NCBI GenBank assembly: GCA_048381555.1
Contig: JBLWKA010000033.1
Span: forward strand, 1 to 41,216
Direction: 5' to 3'
Source: Oscillochloridaceae bacterium umkhey_bin13
GTDB taxonomy: Bacteria; Chloroflexota; Chloroflexia; Chloroflexales; Chloroflexaceae
Length of the DNA: 41,216 nt
The notes under the pieces were generated by a model. That model was not told the DNA's origin, searched no databases, and saw only the letters and a program-made list of their open reading frames with translations. Of the stretch, positions 1-8,335 are shown piece by piece. Position 1 is the first letter of the stretch, and each line of letters begins with the position of its first letter. Position numbers and translations under genes: made by a program.

Positions 1-46
1 TGGTATCCCGTCGCGCATTGCGCCATACGATCCCCGGTGGCGACAC

Positions 47-119
47 GTAGGGCCGAAGCATTCGCCATCCGATCTGCGTGTCCTGACCGATCAGCCGGTG
101 GCGAATGCTTCGGCCCTAC
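47..119. repeat. Perfect 21-bp inverted repeat (GTAGGGCCGAAGCATTCGCCA ... TGGCGAATGCTTCGGCCCTAC) with a ~31-nt loop. It belongs to the GTAGGG/CCCTAC-terminated hairpin family seen elsewhere in the window.
   Basis: Read directly; the two arms are exact reverse complements. It sits upstream of the tlpA-like gene. Confidence 0.8.
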
Positions 120-175
120 ATTCCCATATCAACGATCCCGTCCACCCCCTCCCACATCGGGTATACTATCCCGTG

Positions 176-760
176 ATGCAAACCTCACCCACACCGCCTC
201 GCCGCATGTGGCTGGCCTTGATCGGCCTAGTTGCTGTGTTCGGCCTGGTCTTGATCGGCCTGGGGCGCGAACAACCGACCCCGGTCGCCGCCCCAACCGC
301 GCCCGCCGCCCCCCCGCCCGAGGCCACACCTGCCCCGCGGGTTGGTAACCTTGCCCCCGGGTTTCGGCTCGAGAATACCAGTGGCGAGTTTGTTGATCTG
401 GCCGATCTACGCGGTCAGGTTGTGCTTGTCAACCTATGGGCCTCGTGGTGCCCACCCTGCCGGGCCGAAATGCCCGCGATTCAGGCTGCCTACGACCGCT
501 ATGGCCCCGAGGGGTTTGTGGTCTTGGCCGTCAATCAGGGCGAACCTGGCCCTGTTGCAGCAGGCTTTATGGCCGAGCATCAACTCAATTTTATGGCCCT
601 GCTTGATCCCTATGGCCAGGTTGGCTTTGCCTACCAGGTTAATGCCCTGCCGGCCAGCTTCTTCATTGATCGCAATGGGCTTGTGCGTTCGATCTATAAG
701 GGGCCGATCAGCCATCGGGTAATCGCTGGCACCGTCGAAGCCTTGCTCGCGGAACCATAA
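176..760 (+). CDS. TlpA/ResA-like thiol:disulfide oxidoreductase (thioredoxin fold, membrane-anchored)
   Basis: WCPPC active-site motif in ...LVNLWASWCPPCRAEMP..., plus an N-terminal hydrophobic anchor (MWLALIGLVAVFGLVLIGL). The ORF-track start at 98 lies inside the upstream hairpin, so the ATG at 176, preceded by GTG, is preferred. Confidence 0.7.
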   Translation: MQTSPTPPRRMWLALIGLVAVFGLVLIGLGREQPTPVAAPTAPAAPPPEATPAPRVGNLAPGFRLENTSGEFVDLADLRGQVVLVNLWASWCPPCRAEMPAIQAAYDRYGPEGFVVLAVNQGEPGPVAAGFMAEHQLNFMALLDPYGQVGFAYQVNALPASFFIDRNGLVRSIYKGPISHRVIAGTVEALLAEP

Positions 761-761
761 G

Positions 762-1478
762 ATGTACCCATTGCTTGAACTTGGCCCTTTGCGCCTCAGT
801 AGTGGCGGCTTGGCCTTGCTGATCGCAATCAATATCTGGCTCTGGCAGTTTGAACGGACTGCGCGCAAACGCGGCGGTGACGCGTTAAACGCCCACGCTT
901 CCGCCTGTGGTTTGCCCGCTCTGCTTGGCGCAGGTATCGGCGCACGGCTCTGGTATGGGGTGCATTCACTCGATCTGTACGCCGCCACGCCGAGCCTGTT
1001 CTGGGCCTTGCGGATTGCCGATCTGGCCTGGCCCGGCGCGCTGCTCGGTGGCGCACTGGCGGGGTGGCTCTGGGCGCGCCGTCGCAAAGCAGACCCGCTG
1101 GCCCTCGCCGATGCGGCCGCACTGGCCTTGCCCGCACCGTTAGCCCTAGCAAGCCTTGGTGCGTTGCTGAGCGGCGAGATCTTCGGTGCGCCGACCAATC
1201 TGGCTTGGGGTATCCCCTTGCACGGCGCCATGCGCCACCCAACACAACTGCTCTATGTCGGTGCTGCGCTCGTGGCCTGGGTGATCATGGCCCGTAGCCA
1301 GAACGCCCCTGCCGGTGTGCCGCTCATGCGCTTGCTGCTGATCAACGGCCTCGCTATGCTGCTGATCGAGCCGCTGCGCGCCGATGCGTTGCTGCTCCCT
1401 GGAGGCTGGCGCTCGGGGCAAGTGGTCGGCCTGATCATGGCCCTGGGCGCACTCTGGGGCTTGCAGCGTAGAACGTAG
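762..1478 (+). CDS. lgt: Polytopic membrane protein, prolipoprotein diacylglyceryl transferase (Lgt)-like
   Basis: The N-terminal pattern (P..L.LGP..L...GL), an internal ...SGEIFG... segment resembling the Lgt G-R-x-G-N-F-x-N-G-E-L-W-G signature, and an HP(T/S)QLY motif all align loosely with E. coli Lgt. The signature R and N are not conserved, so the assignment is tentative. The ATG starts 1 nt after the tlpA-like stop. Confidence 0.45.
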   Translation: MYPLLELGPLRLSSGGLALLIAINIWLWQFERTARKRGGDALNAHASACGLPALLGAGIGARLWYGVHSLDLYAATPSLFWALRIADLAWPGALLGGALAGWLWARRRKADPLALADAAALALPAPLALASLGALLSGEIFGAPTNLAWGIPLHGAMRHPTQLLYVGAALVAWVIMARSQNAPAGVPLMRLLLINGLAMLLIEPLRADALLLPGGWRSGQVVGLIMALGALWGLQRRT

Positions 1479-1626
1479 AACGTAAAACGTAGAACGTAGA
1501 ACGTAGAGCGTAGAACGTAGAACGTAGAGCGGAGAGCGTAGAACGTAGAGCGTAGAACGGAGAGCGTAGAACGGAGAGCGGAGAGCGTAGAACGTAGAAC
1601 GTAGAACGTGGAGCGTGGAGCGTAGA
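1467..1626. repeat. About 23 tandem copies of a 7-bp unit (CGTAGAA, with variants CGTAGAG, CGGAGAG and CGTGGAG)
   Basis: Read directly. The array begins at the lgt-like stop codon (TAG at 1476-1478). Confidence 0.9.
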
Positions 1627-1640
1627 TGGTTACACAGCCC

Positions 1641-1752
1641 ACCCTGTCACCCCACTGCCCGCCCTGTCACCCCGCTGCCCACCCTGTCACCCCGCTGCCC
1701 ACCCTGTCACCCCGCTGCCCACCCTGTCACCCCGCTGCCCACCCTGTCACTC
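1641..1752. repeat. About 5.5 tandem copies of a 20-bp unit (ACCCTGTCACCCCGCTGCCC)
   Basis: Read directly. It lies immediately downstream of the 7-bp array and is followed by a fragment (CCGAACGCAGTGAGG) resembling the MITE-like family-1 core. Confidence 0.9.
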
Positions 1753-1938
1753 CGAACGCAGTGAGGGGTCTAAGCGGGGTAGCGCAAGCGCCCTCGCAGA
1801 GTGTAGCCTAAAGTAGTCTGGTAAATACGTTTAAGGCATTGCCGTGCGGTATTCGCGTATTCGTGTATTCGTGGTTACCATTCGGGGATGGCACGGGGAT
1901 AGCACAAAACGTAGTTCCCAGACGACTAAGCCTCGTGG

Positions 1939-1972
1939 CAATCCAAAATCCAAAAGCTAAAATCCAAAATGG
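1939..1972. repeat. Copy A of the dispersed A-rich motif (CAATCCAAAATCCAAAAGCTAAAATCCAAAATGG)
   Basis: Same 30-nt core as copies at about 28416, 29871, 36203 and 37944. It is immediately followed by TATAAA..TACAAT and the ppk2 ATG. Confidence 0.8.
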
Positions 1973-1994
1973 TATAAATGCTACAATAGCGACC

Positions 1995-3572
1995 ATGCTC
2001 AACCAGATAGATCTTGATGTTAACCTGACACGGCGCGAGTACGACGAGCGCATGCCGCAGTTGCAGGCCCGGCTCTACGATATGGAGCAGGCGATCATCC
2101 AGGCTCGCGTCCCGGTCTTGATCGCCTTCGAAGGCTGGGCTGGGACGGCCAAGGCGCGCACGATCGCCATGCTCATCCGTCGCCTCGATCCGCGTGGGCT
2201 GCGGGTGCATTCGATCACGTCACCGCGCACCTACGAACGCCAGTACCCCTGGCTCTACCGCTTCTGGCTCAAACTGCCCAGCTATGGCGAGATCGCGATC
2301 TTTGATCGCTCGTGGTACCGCGAAATGCTGGCTGAGCGCACCAGCCACCACCCCGATTCCCAACATTGGCGGCAGCGCTGCGAAGATGCCGTCGCCTTCG
2401 AGCGCCAACTGGCCGATGATGGCGCGGTGATCGTCAAGTTCTGGCTGCATATTAGTCGCAAAGAGCAAGGCCGCCGCTTTAAGGCCCTGCTTGGCAATAA
2501 GCTGACCGCCTACCAGGTCACGGATGAGGATCGGGCCCAGCATCACCAGTACGAGGCGTATGCCGCCGCCGTCGAGGATCTGATTGCCCGCACCGGAATG
2601 CCCTACGCCCCCTGGCACGTTATTCCAGCCACCGACAAATACTACGCCCGGGTGGCCGTGCTTTCGACCGTGCTGAGTGCGCTAGAGGCCCGGGTGGGGC
2701 GGGCGATTGTGCCGGTGGACGATGCCACCTATGCTGATGGCCTCGATGCAGCCGGAGCCGCCTTCCGCGCCCGCGCCCAGGCCGATCTGCTCACCCCAGC
2801 CGCCACACCACTGCCTGAAGCCCCCCCCGCCACTCGCCCCGAGGCCGCCCATATCTTGCGCCGGGTTGATCTGAGTGTGCGCGTGGACGAAAAAGGCTAC
2901 AGCCAACAACTCAAGCGGTTACAGGCCCAACTGCACCTGCTGGGCCTGCAACTCTATCACCAGAAACGCTCAGCCATACTTATTTTCGAGGGCTGGGACG
3001 CCGCTGGCAAGGGCGGTGCCATCCAACGCCTGACCGCCGAAATTGACCCGCGCAGTTATATCGTCCACGCCATTGCCGCCCCCACCGGTGACGACAAAAT
3101 CCGCCATTACCTCTACCGCTTCTGGCGACGCTTGCCGCCACAGGGCCAACTTGCGATCTTCGACCGCTCGTGGTACGGGCGGGTGCTGGTCGAACGGGTC
3201 GAGGGTTTTGCAACACCCGCCGCCTGGAGCCGAGCCTACGCCGAGATCAACGAGTTCGAGCGGCAACTGGTAGACTTTGGCACGATTATCTGCAAATTCT
3301 GGCTGCATATTAGCCCCGAAGAACAGTTGCGGCGCTTCGAGGCGCGCCAGAATGTGCCTTATAAAGCCTGGAAACTGACCGACGAAGATTGGCGCAACCG
3401 CGAGAAATGGCCGCACTACGAGGCCGCCGTGGACGAAATGCTGCTGCGAAGTTCGACCCCCGCCGCGCCCTGGACGGTGGTTGAAGCCGAAGATAAACGC
3501 TATGGGCGCACCAAGGTGCTGCGTACCGTCGTGCAACGGCTCGAAGCCGAATTAGGCCCGGTCGAACTGTGA
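1995..3572 (+). CDS. ppk2: Two-domain polyphosphate kinase 2 (PPK2, polyP:NMP/NDP phosphotransferase)
   Basis: Two tandem PPK2 domains. The C-terminal domain has a canonical Walker A (FEGWDAAGKGG) and lid (FDRSWY); the N-terminal domain has a degenerate Walker A (FEGWAGTAKART) but a conserved FDRSWY. The ATG at 1995 is preferred over the ORF-track TTG at 1839. Confidence 0.85.
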   Translation: MLNQIDLDVNLTRREYDERMPQLQARLYDMEQAIIQARVPVLIAFEGWAGTAKARTIAMLIRRLDPRGLRVHSITSPRTYERQYPWLYRFWLKLPSYGEIAIFDRSWYREMLAERTSHHPDSQHWRQRCEDAVAFERQLADDGAVIVKFWLHISRKEQGRRFKALLGNKLTAYQVTDEDRAQHHQYEAYAAAVEDLIARTGMPYAPWHVIPATDKYYARVAVLSTVLSALEARVGRAIVPVDDATYADGLDAAGAAFRARAQADLLTPAATPLPEAPPATRPEAAHILRRVDLSVRVDEKGYSQQLKRLQAQLHLLGLQLYHQKRSAILIFEGWDAAGKGGAIQRLTAEIDPRSYIVHAIAAPTGDDKIRHYLYRFWRRLPPQGQLAIFDRSWYGRVLVERVEGFATPAAWSRAYAEINEFERQLVDFGTIICKFWLHISPEEQLRRFEARQNVPYKAWKLTDEDWRNREKWPHYEAAVDEMLLRSSTPAAPWTVVEAEDKRYGRTKVLRTVVQRLEAELGPVEL

Positions 3573-3631
3573 TGCTGTTGAGGTGTTGAGGTGTTGAGGC
3601 GCCTCCACACCTCCACATCTCTACATCTCCC

Positions 3632-5044
3632 TCAATCAGTGGAAGTAGCGAGGGCCATCTGTTCTTCGTGCAACGGCTTGAGGCCCAGGCTCAGCACGGT
3701 CATCAGGGCCATCAGCGCCGCCGCCGACATGTAGGCCACACCCAGTCCGGTCATGCCACCGCCGGCCGCATCGGCCAGCACCCCAAGCACGGCCACCACC
3801 AATAGGTTGCCGACACTGATCCCCACATTGACCAAACCTTGGGCTGCACCGCGCTCCTCGAACGAAACTTCGTTCAAGACAATCGTGCGCAGCGTGCCGC
3901 CAACCACAATCCCAACACCAAGACCGATCAGCATCGAAGCGGGTAAAAAGATCCAGAGCCCCAGCGCGGCCCCGGTGAAGGTCAGCAGCAACGAGCCAAG
4001 GGCCAGCGTACTAAAGCCGATCAGCATCACGATGCGCGAGCCAATACTGTTTAGCAAGCGCCCGAAGATCATCGAGCCAGCGGTCGATGCCAACACCAGC
4101 GGAATAAGCAGCATACCCGCCTGTTCGGGCGCGATCCCCAGCCCGGCGACCGCCACCGAACTGATGAACACCACACTCCCCATGCCAAAACCCGCCCCCG
4201 CACACAGCAGATAGGTCAGGGCCAGTTGGCGGTTGGCAAACAGGTGCAAGGGGACCACCGGACGGGCGGCACGGCGTTCGACGGCAATCAGGGCCGGAAT
4301 ACAGAGCGCCGCCAGCGCCAACAGCCAGGGCCAGAGCGTCATGCCCAGGGCTGTATCGAGCACCCGGTTGATGCCCAACACCAGCGCACTCAAACTCAGG
4401 GCGATCAGGCCAATACCGGCCCAATCTAGCGGATCAGGCGGCCCTTCAGCGCGGGTAGCGGGTAGATTGCGCCAGCCCAGCCAGATCACCACGGCGGCAA
4501 CCGGTAGATTGAGCAGAAAGATCCACTGCCAGCCCAGCACGGTCAGGATCAGCGCCGCAACCACCGGGCCAAGCAAAAAAGCCATGCCAAAGGTTGCCCC
4601 GAGCATGCCCAGCGCTTTGCCCCGTTCGGCAGGCGGAAAAATATCGCCAACCATAGCACTCGCCAGCGGCGTCACGCCACCGGCGCAAAAACCCTGAATC
4701 GCCCGCCCGATCAAAACGATGGTAAAGGTGGGAGCCAACGCGATCAGCAAAGAACTGGCCGCAAAACCAAACACGCAGGCCAGAAAGATCGGACGACGGC
4801 CATAGCGATCACCCATCGCCGCCATCAGAGTTGTACTGCTGAGCGTGAAGAGACTAAAAACAATCGTCAACATCCCAATCTGGCTGTTGTCTACCCCGAA
4901 CGCCAGCCGTAAGGCCGGAATCGCAGGCGCAACCACGGCTGTATCCAGCGCGGCCATAAACACACCTACGAACAAGACCGTCAGAATGGGGCGGCGACTC
5001 TGAGCCGAGAGGGGCGGGGCTGCGGGCGCGGAATCGGCGCGCAT
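3632..5044 (-). CDS. MFS transporter (DHA/EmrB-like drug:H+ antiporter family)
   Basis: Twelve or more hydrophobic segments and an MFS motif region (GDRYGRRPI). The ATG at 5044 is preceded by AAGGAGG; the ORF-track start at 5083 would read through this ribosome-binding site. Confidence 0.75.
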   Translation of the reverse strand: MRADSAPAAPPLSAQSRRPILTVLFVGVFMAALDTAVVAPAIPALRLAFGVDNSQIGMLTIVFSLFTLSSTTLMAAMGDRYGRRPIFLACVFGFAASSLLIALAPTFTIVLIGRAIQGFCAGGVTPLASAMVGDIFPPAERGKALGMLGATFGMAFLLGPVVAALILTVLGWQWIFLLNLPVAAVVIWLGWRNLPATRAEGPPDPLDWAGIGLIALSLSALVLGINRVLDTALGMTLWPWLLALAALCIPALIAVERRAARPVVPLHLFANRQLALTYLLCAGAGFGMGSVVFISSVAVAGLGIAPEQAGMLLIPLVLASTAGSMIFGRLLNSIGSRIVMLIGFSTLALGSLLLTFTGAALGLWIFLPASMLIGLGVGIVVGGTLRTIVLNEVSFEERGAAQGLVNVGISVGNLLVVAVLGVLADAAGGGMTGLGVAYMSAAALMALMTVLSLGLKPLHEEQMALATSTD

Positions 5045-5189
5045 AAAGCCTCCTTGAGCGGACGCGGTATACAGGCGGGGCAACCAACCATCAGAACCCG
5101 CACATTATACTCCGTTCGGCCCGCCATGCATACCATCCGAACCAATCCGGCAGAACCAAGCCACCACCCGTTCCACCCATGGTATGCCA

Positions 5190-5735
5190 TGGCGAACGAG
5201 CGCAGTACAGTGAGGCATCTCCGCTGATTCTCGCTGCAGACCCCTCGCTGCGCTCCTAAGCAACAAACACCATGGTCACATCGGACCCATCGAACGGAAC
5301 GGTGCGCTCCCCATTGTCATGCCGAACGGAGCGGAGCGCAGTGAGGCATCTTCGCTGATCGGCAGTGAAGAACCCTCGCTGCGCTCCTAAGCAACAAACG
5401 CCATGAACACATCGAACGGATCGCAGCAACGCTCATTGTCATGCCAAACGAAGTGGAGCGCAGTGAGGCATCGTCACTGATCTGCAGCGAAGACCCCTCA
5501 CGGAGTTTACCCTGAGCTTGCCGAAGGGTTCGGGGTGACAAGGCGGGCGCAGGGCAAGCGCACTGGTTTCGCTCGCCACCACTGGCCGACGGGCCATAGC
5601 ATCCTCCTAATGACATATCGGATGTCATCCCAGCACCACTGGCCGACGGGCCATAGCATCCTCCTAAGAAACAAAGCGTGTTTCTCTCAGCACCACTGGC
5701 CGACGGGCCATAGGATACTCGGGGTGACAATGGGG
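5190..5735. repeat. Cluster of MITE-like short palindromic repeats. Family 1 is TGTCAT(G/T)CCGAACGGAGCGCAGTGAGG..loop..CCTCGCTGCGCTCCTAAGCAACAAA. Family 2 is CACCACTGGCCGACGGGCCATAGGAT, present in three copies.
   Basis: Internal inverted repeats (GGAGCGCAGTGAGG / CCTCGCTGCGCTCC) and multiple near-identical copies here and at about 16340-16430, 27421-27845 and 34626-34960. Confidence 0.8.
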
Positions 5736-5901
5736 CGCATCGAGGTAACAGTGAAGGGGCAACGTTGCAACAGCCCTGCCCTTGTAGCGACCAGGCGGCA
5801 CAGCGGGGCCAGGGTTTGTTATAATAGACCCATCGCAGGGTTATCATACGAACAAGCAGACGGAAGCGCCTGTACGACTGGCCCAGAGGGGTTACATTAT
5901 C

Positions 5902-7059
5902 ATGATGCAGCATGCCCAGGTTGTGATTATCGGTGCAGGCGTCGTCGGAGCAAGTATCGCCTATCATCTCGCCTTGCGCGGCTGCACCGATGTGCTCGTC
6001 CTCGAAAAAGAGGAGGCCGAGGTCAGTGGGAGTACCGCCCGTTCGGCGGCGGGAGTACGGCACCAGTTTTCGAATGCTACCAATATTCTGCTCTCGCGCT
6101 ATAGCATCGAACGCTTGCGCCACTTCGATCAAGAGGTTGGTGGGCATGCTGAACTACACCAGGTTGGTTATCTATTCCTGGTCAACGACGAAACAACCTG
6201 GGCCGAGTATCAGCGCAATGTCGCTTTGCAACGCAGTTTGGGCGTGCGGGTCGAACTACTGACCCCGGCCGAGGCCGCCCGTTTTGTACCCCGCCTACGT
6301 ACCGATGATCTGGTTGGGGCCACCTTCGGGCCAGATGACGGCTATGTGGATCCGTATGGGATTGCGATGGGCTACTTGCGAGCGGCCCAACGTATGGGCG
6401 TGCGGATCCTGCGTGCCACTAGCGCCACCGGCTTCGATACCATTGGCGGCAAGATCAATGGTGTCCAGACCAGTACCGGCCCGATTGCCTGCGAGGTAGT
6501 GATCAATGCGGCCGGGCCGTGGGCGGGCACCCTCGCAGCCCTGGCAGGCCTCGACGTACCAGTTCGCCCCTTCCGGCGCAACATCTATATGACCACACCC
6601 TTTCCGCAAATCCCCGGCCCCATCCCACTTACGATTGATGTGGGCAGTGGTTTTTATCTGCGCCACGAAGGGGCCAGTATCTTGATGGGCAAGTCGAACC
6701 CCGACGAGCCGAGCAGCTTTAATCAGACTGTGGATTGGGAGTGGCTCGACCATGTGTTAGAAGTTGGTCTGCACCGTTTTCCCATCCTCGAAGAGGCGGG
6801 CCTGGCTGAAAGCCAATGTTGGGCTGGCCTCTACGAGATCACCCCCGACCATAACCCGATCCTCGGTCGTCACCCCGCCCTGCCCGGCTATGTAGATGCA
6901 AGTGGCTTCAGTGGTCACGGCATTATGCACGCCCCCGCTACCGGCATGTTGATCGCCGAAGAGGTGCTTGACGGACGGGCCCATACCATCACGATTGACG
7001 AACTCCGCATTACCCGCTTTACGCAGGGTACCGCCCACTTCGAAAAAAATATCATTTAA
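5902..7059 (+). CDS. FAD-dependent oxidoreductase (DAO family; glycine/sarcosine/D-amino-acid oxidase-like)
   Basis: N-terminal GxGxxG dinucleotide fold (VVIIGAGVVGASIAYHL) and a C-terminal HGIMHAPATG motif typical of the DAO family. Confidence 0.75.
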   Translation: MMQHAQVVIIGAGVVGASIAYHLALRGCTDVLVLEKEEAEVSGSTARSAAGVRHQFSNATNILLSRYSIERLRHFDQEVGGHAELHQVGYLFLVNDETTWAEYQRNVALQRSLGVRVELLTPAEAARFVPRLRTDDLVGATFGPDDGYVDPYGIAMGYLRAAQRMGVRILRATSATGFDTIGGKINGVQTSTGPIACEVVINAAGPWAGTLAALAGLDVPVRPFRRNIYMTTPFPQIPGPIPLTIDVGSGFYLRHEGASILMGKSNPDEPSSFNQTVDWEWLDHVLEVGLHRFPILEEAGLAESQCWAGLYEITPDHNPILGRHPALPGYVDASGFSGHGIMHAPATGMLIAEEVLDGRAHTITIDELRITRFTQGTAHFEKNII

Positions 7060-7062
7060 CAC

Positions 7063-7986
7063 ATGCTGACGCGCCGCTCGCTGGCCGAGCTTTTTGTTGA
7101 TCGGCTCTTAGAGCTTGATCGCTTCCGCCGCAGCCTCGCTGGCACGAGCGGCCGTCGCATCATCCGTGTCACCGGTGGCCCCGGCATGGGCAAATCATGG
7201 CTCTTACGAGCGTTTGCCAGCGAAGCTACCGCCCGCCAGGTGCCCAACGTGCTGCTTGATTTTAGCGACGGCCAGGCCTACGATGTGCTAACCCTCATCC
7301 GGCGCTGCCGTGATGCCCTTGGCCCAGAGCATTTTAACCCGCTGACGGTGGCGATCAACGAGGCAACCGCGCCACGCCTGGTGATCACGGCCCCGAGCCG
7401 CACCGCGCCCGGCCCGCTGGTTGATCTGAGCGGCAGCCAATTGGGCGATCTGCAACTTGGTGATGTGGCCGGCGGTACGATCATCAAAGATAATTCGTTC
7501 GTCTTCCAGAGCGAGAACCCGCTCTTGCTTCAAGCAATCGAAGATCGGCTGACCCAGGTCTTTTTTGCTTGCCTGGCCCCGCTGGCTGCCACTAGTGGGG
7601 CCTTGCTCCTTTTTGATAGTTACGAACGCACCTCGCAAGACCACGACCGCTGGGTCTCCAATGCGGCCGACCGCTGGATCCAGAGCGAACTGCTGAGCCG
7701 AGTGAGTAGTGGGCAACTGCCGGGCACGCTGGTCGTGCTGGCCGGACGGCGTCTACCCACCTTCGATATCAGTTGGAACCCGGTGGTCGGCGAGTTGGTC
7801 CTGGGACAATTTACGCTCGATGATGTGCGTGACTATCTGCGTGAAAACCGGGGCCTTAGCGATCTGAGTGATGCCGAGATCCAGACCCTGTTTAATGCGG
7901 TGCAGGGCAATCCACAATTGCTGGGCATTATTGGCGATAATCTTGAGCAGACGCGAGTTGGGCGTGAGGCAGATGATGATTGGTAG
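7063..7986 (+). CDS. Stand-alone P-loop NTPase (AAA_16/STAND-like ATPase domain without an effector domain)
   Basis: Walker A (GGPGMGKS) and Walker B (LLLFDSYE). It is only 307 aa and starts 4 nt after the oxidoreductase stop. Its last codons and TAG stop lie inside a 24-bp perfect hairpin. Confidence 0.6.
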   Translation: MLTRRSLAELFVDRLLELDRFRRSLAGTSGRRIIRVTGGPGMGKSWLLRAFASEATARQVPNVLLDFSDGQAYDVLTLIRRCRDALGPEHFNPLTVAINEATAPRLVITAPSRTAPGPLVDLSGSQLGDLQLGDVAGGTIIKDNSFVFQSENPLLLQAIEDRLTQVFFACLAPLAATSGALLLFDSYERTSQDHDRWVSNAADRWIQSELLSRVSSGQLPGTLVVLAGRRLPTFDISWNPVVGELVLGQFTLDDVRDYLRENRGLSDLSDAEIQTLFNAVQGNPQLLGIIGDNLEQTRVGREADDDW

Positions 7987-8019
7987 CAGGGCTACGCCCT
8001 GCTACCAATCATCATCTGC
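7969..8019. repeat. Perfect 24-bp stem with a 3-nt loop (GCAGATGATGATTGGTAGCAGGGC-TAC-GCCCTGCTACCAATCATCATCTGC)
   Basis: Read directly; the arms are exact reverse complements. The first arm encodes the C-terminus and stop of the NTPase gene. Confidence 0.9.
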
Positions 8020-8325
8020 CGGGTGATACGGGGGTACCCTGTACCCCCGCTGGCCCCGTCCCAATCGAGCGGGCGGCGCCCTGCTGGCAAGCATCTGCCG
8101 GGTGATGCGGGATACCCTGTACCCCCCCGGCTGGCCCCGTCCCAATCGAGCGGGCGGCGCCCTGCTGGCAAGCATCTGCCGGGTGATGCGGGATACCCTG
8201 TACCCTCCGGCTGGCCCCGTCCCAATCGGGCGGGCGGCGCCCTGCTGGCAAGCATCTGCCGGGTGATGCGGGATACCCTGTACCCCCGTTGGCCCCGTCC
8301 CAATCGGGCGGGCTGCGTCCTGCCC
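8016..8325. repeat. Tandem array of about 3.7 copies of a 79-81 bp unit (CTGCCGGGTGATGCGGGATACCCTGTACCCCC..GGCCCCGTCCCAATCGAGCGGGCGGCGCCCTGCTGGCAAGCAT)
   Basis: Unit lengths are 79, 81 and 80 nt plus a degenerate fourth. The array is not codon-periodic and has no unique spacers. It lies in the convergent intergenic region between the NTPase and flotillin genes. Confidence 0.85.
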
Positions 8326-8335
8326 TGCCCCGAAC

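Noticed and set aside
37-348. ORFs 37..348 (+) and 129..329 (-) at the window start
   Set aside because: They overlap the 47-119 hairpin and the 5' end of the tlpA-like gene in other frames, with Arg/Pro-rich translations and no support.
5317-6147. ORFs 5317..6147 (-) and 5535..6104 (+) spanning the MITE-like repeat cluster
   Set aside because: They are composed of repeat-unit translations (for example the HHWPTGHSILL triplication), overlap each other and the start of the FAD oxidoreductase, and have no ribosome-binding site. They are most likely non-coding.
8016-8325. A regular ~80-bp repeat array that could be mistaken for CRISPR
   Set aside because: The units abut directly with no unique spacers, the unit length (79-81 nt) is far above CRISPR repeat size, and no cas genes are present. 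It is a plain tandem minisatellite.
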